Virus record (IMG/VR): IMGVR_UViG_3300045988_155594
Span: 1 to 29,171 of that record
Length of the DNA stretch: 29,171 nucleotides
Source of the DNA: a virus
Direction: 5' to 3' (one strand)
Both the position numbers and the translations under genes were made by a program. How positions within the stretch are numbered: the first letter of the stretch is position 1; each line of letters begins with the position of its first letter. Positions 1 through 6,155 of the stretch are shown one piece after another. The notes below the pieces were generated by a model, which made no database searches, was not told where the DNA came from, and saw only the letters and a list, made by a program, of their open reading frames with translations.

Positions 1-163
1 AATGAACTTTTGGTTATATTATTAACTAATTTTGTTTTGTAAATATTTATTAATATTTTGCATTTTTCATTACTCTTTTTAAAATGTGATGTTATTATTC
101 ATGTGTACATGATAAATATTTTAGGCTTTTTTCTATTTCCTCAAGAAAAGATTAGCAGAGAAA

Positions 164-213
164 GAAAAACAGATAGTGGTGTTGAGCAGCATACACTATC
201 TGTTTTTCTTTTT
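164..213. terminator. Perfect 15-bp stem-loop with a T-run on the plus strand; it encloses the stop codon of minus-strand ORF 196-369
   Basis: GAAAAACAGATAGTG (164-178) is the exact reverse complement of CACTATCTGTTTTTC (194-208). The loop is 15 nt and TTTTT follows at 209-213. On the minus strand the trailing run is only UUUCUCU. Confidence 0.45.
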
Positions 214-369
214 GTATTCTTTCATAACTTGTTTAATATCTTCACCAACTATATTCCAATCATTAGATAATGATATATAGTCGTCATAAAACGATCCTAT
301 TTTAATCTCAACCTTTGGAAACAAGTTTATATTTTTAAGTCCTTTTATTACATAATCTATTATCTTCAT
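196..369 (-). CDS. Hypothetical small protein, 57 aa (below the ORF-track length cut-off)
   Basis: ATG at 369 is preceded by GAGGTG about 4 nt upstream. My translation is MKIIDYVIKGLKNINLFPKVEIKIGSFYDDYISLSNDWNIVGEDIKQVMKEYKKKNR, with TAG at 196-198. The ORF lies directly downstream of terminator 400-428. Confidence 0.4.
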   Translation of the reverse strand: MKIIDYVIKGLKNINLFPKVEIKIGSFYDDYISLSNDWNIVGEDIKQVMKEYKKKNR

Positions 370-399
370 ACACACCTCTAACTATTTTAGTTTATAAAC

Positions 400-428
400 A
401 AAAAAAGACCTTGTCAAATGACAAGATC
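400..428 (-). terminator. Rho-independent terminator
   Basis: The minus-strand RNA reads GAUCUUGUC-AUUU-GACAAGGUC, a 9-bp stem with one G.U pair, followed by U7 (plus-strand A-run 400-406). Confidence 0.75.
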
Positions 429-821
429 CGATTCAGTGACATCCGCTTTTGCGTTGCCAAGGTAAATTAATCAATGGTATACAACTATGTTGCTACCAAG
501 GTTCATTTTGTGTATATGATGGGGCGATAGTTCCCACATCTCATCAGAATTTACATTCCTACCCTTGACACTTTCGTGCGCGATAGCCATCTTTCTATCC
601 TCACATACACAATCAGAATGTTTTCTTTCAGTCAACAGACCTATCCAACTTGAGGTAAACACATACAACCCTACGGAAGCTATAAACACTATGCATTCTG
701 GAACACAATGTTTAATCATAGCTTAACAGAATCAAATCTGTAAAAGTCTCAATCACCACATATTCCCTTATAAATGGGTGCTAGTTAAGACCTATTTATA
801 TTAACATTATTTGTGTCACAT

Positions 822-1919
822 TTACAACAACTTATTCATCATATCTACAATACTCTTATCTTTTGTATCAAACCAGTGTGCATATGTATTGTGCAATGTT
901 TCAACCGTATCTCCTAAGCGTTTGGCTATATCAAAATCTGAGAATCCAGCTCCCGCCATGTTATTAATTAGAAATGATGCATGTGAATGTCTAAAATCAT
1001 GAATTCTTATTTTAGGCAATCCATCATCTTTTTCTTTTGCCTTATTATATGCATCATCAAATCTTCTTTGTACTGTCTGAGGTGATATTGGTTTATAATA
1101 TCCAAACACAAATTTATCTTTTGTGAAATCATCCCATTTAGAACATTCTAAAAACCATTCTCGAAGCATTTTAGACAATGTATTAGGCATTGTGATAGTT
1201 CTATAGCTATTGTTTGTTTTTGGCGGTGTAAGCCATTTATTAGGGTCTTTTTCTTTGTATCTATATGTTTTGTTGATGTCTATCGTTTGCTTTCTAAAAT
1301 CAATGTCCTTCCATTGTAGGGCCATGGCTTCACCTTTTCGTAATCCCATATAGAATAAAACAGAATAAAAGCATTTCATCATTTGTTCATCTACTTCTTC
1401 AATGAATAAATCAAAATTATATTGCTGCCATATTGTCATTTCTTCTTTTCTTTCATTCAATCTAAGATCACGTTTCACATATGTCATTGGATTTGATTGG
1501 ATGTATTCAGAAGTAACACCAAATTTATATAGCTTATTTAAAAAGAAATATATTCTTGATACATATGCCTTTGAATATTTATCATCAAATTTGTTGATCA
1601 AGTTTTGCATTTGCCTTTTATCTAGAAAATCAATATCTTTCATTTCCTTAGAAAGAACATTGTACAAATATTCATCTGATTTTAGCGTTGATTCTTTTAC
1701 ATACTTTTTATTATATTCTTTAAAAGCTTTATATAGTCTGTCAAAATTCATATCTGATGGAAGCATAAAGAAATCTTTTCTGAATTCAACCTCAGCTTTT
1801 TGTGCTTCCCATTTAGAATCAAAACCACGCTTACGATATCTCTTTATACATTTACCATCCTTATATATTTTTCCAGCAAACATATATTTTCCTGTTTTCT
1901 TATCTAATTCAACTGTCAT
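822..1919 (-). CDS. int: Tyrosine recombinase / phage integrase
   Basis: 365-aa ORF. Catalytic motifs are visible: GLRKGEAMAL (Arg), IHDFRHSHASF (His-x-x-Arg) and LGDTVETLHNTYAH (His..Tyr). The N-terminus is basic and looks like an arm-binding segment. AAGAGGG SD lies 8 nt upstream of the ATG. Confidence 0.93.
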   Translation of the reverse strand: MTVELDKKTGKYMFAGKIYKDGKCIKRYRKRGFDSKWEAQKAEVEFRKDFFMLPSDMNFDRLYKAFKEYNKKYVKESTLKSDEYLYNVLSKEMKDIDFLDKRQMQNLINKFDDKYSKAYVSRIYFFLNKLYKFGVTSEYIQSNPMTYVKRDLRLNERKEEMTIWQQYNFDLFIEEVDEQMMKCFYSVLFYMGLRKGEAMALQWKDIDFRKQTIDINKTYRYKEKDPNKWLTPPKTNNSYRTITMPNTLSKMLREWFLECSKWDDFTKDKFVFGYYKPISPQTVQRRFDDAYNKAKEKDDGLPKIRIHDFRHSHASFLINNMAGAGFSDFDIAKRLGDTVETLHNTYAHWFDTKDKSIVDMMNKLL

Positions 1920-1942
1920 TTTTTGTGCCCTCTTATATGTCC

Positions 1943-1971
1943 ATAATATGCAAAAAAGGGGTATAATTCAA
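1943..1971 (-). promoter_or_regulatory. Candidate sigma-A promoter of the integrase gene
   Basis: The minus strand reads TTGAAT (1971-1966), a 17-nt spacer, then TATTAT (1948-1943), about 24 nt upstream of the integrase ATG. It overlaps the left arm of the GGGGTATAATT palindrome. Confidence 0.5.
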
Positions 1972-2007
1972 TATTTTAATATCAAATTATACCCCAATAT
2001 ACCCCAA
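1958..2007. repeat. Three copies of TATACCCC: an 11-bp inverted pair plus a perfect tandem 10-mer
   Basis: GGGGTATAATT (1958-1968) is the reverse complement of AATTATACCCC (1985-1995). TATACCCCAA is tandemly duplicated at 1988-1997 and 1998-2007. Candidate integrase arm-type or regulatory sites. Confidence 0.6.
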
Positions 2008-2010
2008 GAC

Positions 2011-2038
2011 AAATAAAAAAGCCTTTAAATAAAGGCTT
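2011..2038 (-). terminator. Rho-independent terminator between the lysis genes and the integrase promoter
   Basis: AAGCCTTTA (2019-2027) pairs with TAAAGGCTT (2030-2038). The minus strand then reads UUUUUUAUUU (plus-strand A-run 2011-2020). Confidence 0.7.
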
Positions 2039-2047
2039 AAATTTCAA

Positions 2048-2066
2048 TGGAGCAGATGAGGGGATT
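2048..2066 (-). other. Candidate attP core: a 19-mer resembling the 3' end of a tRNA gene
   Basis: The minus strand reads AAT-CCCCT-CATCTGC-T-CCA. This parses as T-loop end, 3' T-stem strand, 3' acceptor strand, discriminator and CCA. The upstream sequence does not continue a cloverleaf. A terminator follows 9 nt later and the repeats and int lie beyond it. Confidence 0.35.
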
Positions 2067-2233
2067 ATATAAATACCTCATATCTATTGATATTTGATGT
2101 TATTTACATCATAATCTACGTGTTTTGATAGCACTTTGTTGTTTTGTACCCCAAAATGTACCTCACTGCTTCACGCAAGAAAGATAATACAGTATAAACC
2201 ATATTATGTCAAACATTTTTTTGTTTTTTTATT

Positions 2234-3310
2234 TTATTCAATTTCTGTTAACGGTGTTGGATCAACCCAAACACCACCAATCTTGACAATATTCTTTTGA
2301 ACATTCACTGCATCGACTCTGATTCTAGATACGTAGACTACTGCATTTGTGGTATGCAATACATTGTCATTATATCCATCTGAATTTGGTACTTTATCGA
2401 CTAAGCGAATTGGAAACCAACCACCTAATTTAGACAAGTAGCAGCATAAATCATCGCCAATTTTCTTCAAGCCTTGATTGCCAATTTTCATATGTACAGA
2501 TGTAACATAGCTTCCTTCATGCAAGATTTGGTCGATAGCTTCTGCGCTAGACTGTGTAGCGCCTACTGGTGTATGGGGATCTGTATCAATACCCGCATCA
2601 TCCGTCCATCCAATCGCTACCCCATTACGATCAACACGATATGGATATTTTGTTCCTTTAATTACTCTACCAATGACACCTGACCAATCACCTTTTTTAA
2701 CTGTAGAAGTTCCGTAGCAATTCACACTCAATGTGTTTGTACAGATAGGTAAATTAACTGAATATTTTTCTCCACTTGGAGTTGTAGGTTTTGGTGTTTC
2801 AACCTTTCCATCTAACTTTGCATTTACTTCATTAGCCAATTGTGGCATACGTGCTTCCAACCATGCTCCAGGGCATGATGTAGCCGCAAACATTTTGTGC
2901 ATAGTCAATGATCCGCTAGAATTTCCTGTATAGTTCAATCTAAATCCATATCGTTTACAAATATCAACACATAGATTCACCAAGCTATCCCAAGTAGCTT
3001 GCGTCATTTCTCCAGTTGCGTTATTAATGTTTCCACATTCAATTGTAATTGATTGAGAATCATTCAACCAATTTGAACTTGTCCATGCAGCATTTTCTTC
3101 ATCAACACTGCATGCAATGTCTCCATTAATTCCAATACAATAATTGGAAGATGCTTGACGAGTATTTCGTGCAAAATAATCTGCACATTGTTTACCACTC
3201 CATGCCGCAGCCATGTAGTGTGGAGTGATTTTACAAACCTTATATCCAAAACGACCATTATAATGTTGTGATGTTCTGTTACAATATGTTGCTAATCCGG
3301 AATATGACAT
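2234..3310 (-). CDS. Endolysin: N-acetylmuramoyl-L-alanine amidase (Amidase_2/PGRP type) with a putative C-terminal wall-binding region
   Basis: 358-aa ORF next to the holin. The N-terminal ~165 aa carry ITPHYMAA, SNYCIGINGDI..VDEENAAW, SITIECGN and MHKMFAATSCPG. A TPKPTTPSGE linker follows, then about 190 aa of beta-rich C-terminus. Confidence 0.88.
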   Translation of the reverse strand: MSYSGLATYCNRTSQHYNGRFGYKVCKITPHYMAAAWSGKQCADYFARNTRQASSNYCIGINGDIACSVDEENAAWTSSNWLNDSQSITIECGNINNATGEMTQATWDSLVNLCVDICKRYGFRLNYTGNSSGSLTMHKMFAATSCPGAWLEARMPQLANEVNAKLDGKVETPKPTTPSGEKYSVNLPICTNTLSVNCYGTSTVKKGDWSGVIGRVIKGTKYPYRVDRNGVAIGWTDDAGIDTDPHTPVGATQSSAEAIDQILHEGSYVTSVHMKIGNQGLKKIGDDLCCYLSKLGGWFPIRLVDKVPNSDGYNDNVLHTTNAVVYVSRIRVDAVNVQKNIVKIGGVWVDPTPLTEIE

Positions 3311-3405
3311 TCTTCATCTACACCTTCTTCCTTGCCATTGCTTAATTCTTCTTTTGCTTCTTCTGATAGATTCTCATAATCTACTACTTTTTCTTCATCA
3401 TTCAT
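3292..3405 (-). CDS. Possible 37-aa acidic peptide bridging the holin-endolysin junction
   Basis: The ATG at 3405 lies 2 nt after the holin stop, and a GGAGGA sits inside the holin 3' end. My translation is MNDEEKVVDYENLSEEAKEELSNGKEEGVDEECHIPD. It overlaps the endolysin start in another frame and is too short to judge. Confidence 0.2.
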   Translation of the reverse strand: MNDEEKVVDYENLSEEAKEELSNGKEEGVDEECHIPD

Positions 3406-3407
3406 TA

Positions 3408-3635
3408 TTATTCCTCCGGTACACTAATTTCAGGTAATCCGCCAATACTAGTCAGCAACGAGACGATGCCTGACAAAACCGCTGACGAAATTACAACTCG
3501 CCAATCAACGGCTTCCAATAATGCAGATGCTCCGATAACACCAACAGCAGTTTGAGCAATTGTCTTTAATGCTCTAATACTTGCGTAATAGCCATATTGA
3601 ATCCACCATTCTTTACTATATTTTTTCATTTTCAA
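3408..3635 (-). CDS. Holin (two predicted transmembrane helices, Dp-1/LL-H-like pattern)
   Basis: 75 aa, immediately upstream of the endolysin. The N-terminus is basic. Hydrophobic segments are LKTIAQTAVGVIGASALL and VVISSAVLSGIVSLLTSIGG. The C-terminal tail is acidic. GGATAGGAGG SD. Confidence 0.75.
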   Translation of the reverse strand: MKMKKYSKEWWIQYGYYASIRALKTIAQTAVGVIGASALLEAVDWRVVISSAVLSGIVSLLTSIGGLPEISVPEE

Positions 3636-3669
3636 ATACCTCCTATCCTAATGATAGTATTTAAATTGA

Positions 3670-3687
3670 TTGTACACTGTACAAAAT
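3670..3687. promoter_or_regulatory. 18-nt near-palindrome TTGTACACTGTACAAAAT, copy 1, upstream of the holin
   Basis: Identical 18-mer at 25608-25625. The half-sites TTGTACA / TGTACAA are inverted around a central C. The centre is about 43 nt upstream of the holin ATG. Confidence 0.5.
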
Positions 3688-3708
3688 AAAAGACCGTATT
3701 TAACGGCC
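3682..3708 (-). terminator. Terminator closing the cargo operon
   Basis: The minus-strand RNA reads GGCCGU-UAAAU-ACGGUC (6 bp with one G.U) followed by UUUUAUUUU. It starts immediately after the stop codon at 3709-3711. Confidence 0.55.
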
Positions 3709-4182
3709 TTATTGATACATATTAAACATGTCTCGTATATGTGTCTTAATCATTGTTTTTTCTTCATCTGAATCAACGCATCCATGAATCATAGTTACGA
3801 TTTGTTGCATACATTTCATAGTCTTATCTAATTCACGATGAGACTTTTCCAAATCCATCTCACCTTTTGTACGCGTATATTCTTCTTTGAACGCTTTATA
3901 TTTTTTCAAATGTTCTGCAAGTTTATAAACAATATCTTCTGTTTCTGGATCATGAATATTATATCCATCATTATCTTCTTTTAATCGGGCTACAGTTGAA
4001 ACTCCATCTTTTCCTATCTCAATTTGATATTTATTTCTCATTGCTTCTATAGTTTCAATGTCTTTGATATTATCTAAAGCTTGAGATAATGCATGGAAAT
4101 AAGATTCTGCATATCCATATTTCTCTAACATGTTTACTGACTCATGCATTATCTTTTCATTAACTTCCATTGCTTTATGCAT
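3709..4182 (-). CDS. Hypothetical acidic, helical protein (cargo operon gene 5)
   Basis: Open frame with the start moved to ATG 4182 (AGGTGA SD 6 nt upstream) instead of the track's GTG at 4191. I recognise no motif. Confidence 0.7.
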   Translation of the reverse strand: MHKAMEVNEKIMHESVNMLEKYGYAESYFHALSQALDNIKDIETIEAMRNKYQIEIGKDGVSTVARLKEDNDGYNIHDPETEDIVYKLAEHLKKYKAFKEEYTRTKGEMDLEKSHRELDKTMKCMQQIVTMIHGCVDSDEEKTMIKTHIRDMFNMYQ

Positions 4183-4191
4183 ACTTTTCAC

Positions 4192-4611
4192 CTACGCAAT
4201 CTTCTTAATAATGATGTTTGCATTTTGAACAGATAAATCTAAGCCACTGTTATTTGCTAATGCAATTGTATAAGATGCACCACATGGAACTTGAATTAGA
4301 GTGTCTCCACTTACATTTCCATACGCACTTGCAGTTGCAACAGTATAAATAGATTGTGTTCCACCAATTGCTTCTCCGTTTAGTTCAAGCACTAGAGAAG
4401 CTTGTCCTGCCGCTGCACTCGTAATATCCGCAGTATAAGTTACTTCATAGATACCTGGCTTTGTTAGTGTAAACAATCCACTTCCTAGATCGTGTGCCAA
4501 CCATCCTTTACATGGACACTGGCATGATTTTGATCTTACACGATCTGTAGGAAACAAAACATTATTTGAATTATCGACTGTCTGAACAGCCGTAGCAATA
4601 CTATTAATCAT
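4192..4611 (-). CDS. BclA C-terminal-domain / C1q-TNF-like jelly-roll protein (cargo operon gene 4)
   Basis: 139 aa with an AGGAGG SD. The pattern NVLFP...G.FTLTKPGIYEVTYTADITSAAAGQASLVLELNGEAIGGT...GDTLIQV..GASYTIALANNSG..L.V.NANIIIKKI matches the recurring beta-strand pattern of BclA-C-like exosporium domains. This is from memory only. Confidence 0.55.
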   Translation of the reverse strand: MINSIATAVQTVDNSNNVLFPTDRVRSKSCQCPCKGWLAHDLGSGLFTLTKPGIYEVTYTADITSAAAGQASLVLELNGEAIGGTQSIYTVATASAYGNVSGDTLIQVPCGASYTIALANNSGLDLSVQNANIIIKKIA

Positions 4612-4698
4612 TTCTTTTATCCTCCTATTAAAATAGGGATAGCCTTTCGACTATCCCATTAAATCCAAAGGCAATTGCCTAATCACATATGTGCTAGA

Positions 4699-5322
4699 TT
4701 ATAAGTTGTTGTAGCCATTACATCCACATAAGTTGTTATAAGCGTAATATGGTGAACATGTAATGTAAGCTGGTTTTGGTGTTGGTTGCAAAGTATTAAT
4801 GATGTTTGCTGATTGTGCCTGTTGGCTTAATTGGAAATTAGCTGTTAATAAATCGCGGTCACGATCAGCTAAACGATCACGTAACTCTTGCATAGTATTT
4901 GCGTTAATCAACGCACGTGTTGCTTCACCTTCTGAATGAATTGCTGTTGTAATGTCACAAGTGTTTTTGAAACTTTGAGCATTTACATTATCAATTGCTC
5001 GTTGAGTGTTGCAGCAACATTCTTGTTGCTGAGCTTGCAAGTTTTGAAGTCCTAACTGATTAGTATAGCGACTTTCTAATACATCACGTTGAGTTTGACA
5101 ACCTGTTTGAGATACATTTGTGTTTGTGTTAAAAATATCTCGTTTAATGAATTCTTCATTTAATAAAGAATCATTTGTTAGGTTTCCGTTGCCATATCCT
5201 CCATATCCAAATAATACGAAGATTAGCAAGATCCAAATCCACCAACCTCCTCCGTCTCCAAAGCCGTCATTTCTTTCGGCTAAGTTGTAAGTTGGTTGAA
5301 TTCCCATTCCGTTTTCCATCAT
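4699..5322 (-). CDS. Single-pass membrane protein with a Gly/aromatic YjcZ-like N-terminus and a Cys-rich, Q/N-rich C-terminal domain (cargo operon gene 3)
   Basis: 207 aa with an AAAGGAG SD. GFGDGGGWWIWILLIFVLFGYGGYGNGN forms the only hydrophobic helix. All 8 Cys lie C-terminal to it (GC, ECCC, TC, TC, LCGC). Confidence 0.7.
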   Translation of the reverse strand: MMENGMGIQPTYNLAERNDGFGDGGGWWIWILLIFVLFGYGGYGNGNLTNDSLLNEEFIKRDIFNTNTNVSQTGCQTQRDVLESRYTNQLGLQNLQAQQQECCCNTQRAIDNVNAQSFKNTCDITTAIHSEGEATRALINANTMQELRDRLADRDRDLLTANFQLSQQAQSANIINTLQPTPKPAYITCSPYYAYNNLCGCNGYNNL

Positions 5323-5363
5323 ATATGTTCTCCTTTCTTTCTATAATAACGGTTTAGCCGTTG

Positions 5364-5606
5364 TTACCTGATTCCAAACTGTTTTGCCATTTGTTGCAGT
5401 TGTTGCTTTTGTTGCGGATTTAAATTACCCATCATCTGATTTAAAATCATTTGTGGATTTTGACCACTGTTCATAAGCATTTGAAATTGTTGAAATGCTT
5501 GTGGATTTTTCTGTGATAGCATATTCATTAACATTTGTTGGGGATTTCCCATATTCATCATATTCATTGGATTCATATTTCCCATAATACTTTTTAAAGG
5601 ATTCAT
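5364..5606 (-). CDS. Low-complexity Met/Gln/Asn-rich 80-aa protein (cargo operon gene 2)
   Basis: The ATG overlaps the upstream stop (ATGA at 5603-5606), and AAGGAG lies 9 nt upstream. Sequence: MNPLKSIMGNMNPMNMMNMGNPQQMLMNMLSQKNPQAFQQFQMLMNSGQNPQMILNQMMGNLNPQQKQQLQQMAKQFGIR. Confidence 0.6.
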   Translation of the reverse strand: MNPLKSIMGNMNPMNMMNMGNPQQMLMNMLSQKNPQAFQQFQMLMNSGQNPQMILNQMMGNLNPQQKQQLQQMAKQFGIR

Positions 5607-6043
5607 TTTGTTTGTGCTCCTTTCTTTGGTTGTTCATTAGCTTGTTTTGGTGGCTTGCTTAATGCACATATCAAATCATCTAATTTCTTTTCGATTCCAT
5701 TTACACGATTTTCAATACTGTTAGAATTATCTTCCGTGATTTCTTCAAATTTGAACTTTTTAAATGTTCCGTCTAAAGCCTTCATATAGAAAATAGATTT
5801 GTTATTATCGAATAAAATCGTAGGTAGATTTGCGTTCGCAAAGTTTTTAGCTTCCTGTTCGTCATTCACCCATTTTCCATTAAAATCAAAATTACCTTGT
5901 TGTTGTGGTGTAATCTGATTATTAATATTGATAGGTGGAATATTTGCATACTGTTGTACTTGCTGAATTTGTTGATCTATCATTTGTCTTTGCTGCATCA
6001 AACTGTCAATTCGTGCTTGTGCTGGATTATAATTGTTATACAT
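5603..6043 (-). CDS. Hypothetical protein with a Q-rich N-terminal half (cargo operon gene 1)
   Basis: Start taken at ATG 6043 (AAGAGGTGG SD) rather than the track's GTG at 6052. The N-terminal half is Q/N-rich (QQRQMIDQQIQQVQQY). The C-terminal half is a mixed-charge globular-looking segment with a basic tail. Confidence 0.7.
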   Translation of the reverse strand: MYNNYNPAQARIDSLMQQRQMIDQQIQQVQQYANIPPININNQITPQQQGNFDFNGKWVNDEQEAKNFANANLPTILFDNNKSIFYMKALDGTFKKFKFEEITEDNSNSIENRVNGIEKKLDDLICALSKPPKQANEQPKKGAQTK

Positions 6044-6066
6044 TTCAACCACCTCTTTACGCTTTA

Positions 6067-6095
6067 ATTATATGTTTACGTAATAAATAATTTAA
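6067..6095 (-). promoter_or_regulatory. Candidate promoter of the cargo operon
   Basis: The minus strand reads TTAAAT (6095-6090), a 17-nt spacer, then consensus TATAAT (6072-6067). It lies between terminator 6123-6155 and the SD of ORF 5603-6043. Confidence 0.45.
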
Positions 6096-6122
6096 TACTC
6101 GAATAATACTCATAAAATACCC

Positions 6123-6155
6123 AAAATAAAATGAGCAACCATTATAGATTGCTCA
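6123..6155 (-). terminator. Terminator after the sigma-region-4-like gene
   Basis: TGAGCAA (6132-6138) pairs with TTGCTCA (6149-6155). The 10-nt loop contains the stop codon. The minus strand then reads UUUUAUUUU (6131-6123). Confidence 0.6.

Noticed and set aside
58-270. 70-aa plus-strand ORF at the left edge
   Set aside because: It crosses the 15-bp stem-loop terminator and is antisense to the SD-preceded small ORF 196-369. Its Phe/Leu/Ile-rich product is typical of AT-rich non-coding DNA.
455-505. The ACCUUGGUAGCAAC and ACCUUGGCAACGC repeats near the terminator looked T-box-like (UGGN pairing to the tRNA CCA end)
   Set aside because: The conserved T-box sequence (GGUGGUACCGCG-like) is absent, as are a recognisable specifier loop, AG bulge or GA/K-turn motifs. 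The downstream ORF is also not an aminoacyl-tRNA or amino-acid gene.
541-547. A CUGAUGA motif on the minus-strand RNA, with a nearby GAAA, suggested a hammerhead ribozyme
   Set aside because: The GAAA lies 5' of CUGAUGA with only about 24 nt between them. No stem II followed by GAAA followed by stem III can be drawn in any circular permutation, and the helix after CUGAUGA has mismatches.
471-719. 82-aa minus-strand ORF from the track, considered as a protein-coding gene (for example an excisionase next to int)
   Set aside because: No Shine-Dalgarno precedes the ATG. The composition is odd (Cys/His/Trp-rich) with no HTH pattern. It lies inside a GC-elevated block that ends in a terminator. 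I treat it as probably non-coding; see the finding for 400-800.
1402-2016. 204-aa plus-strand ORF antisense to the integrase
   Set aside because: It lies almost wholly within the well-supported integrase gene on the opposite strand. Its Phe/Leu/Ser/Tyr-rich product is typical of antisense reading of AT-rich coding DNA, and it has no SD.
5425-5637. 70-aa minus-strand ORF overlapping the Q/N/M-rich genes in another frame
   Set aside because: It is an artefact of low-complexity repeats being open in two frames. It lacks an SD, whereas 5364-5606 has AAGGAG and an ATGA coupling to the upstream gene.
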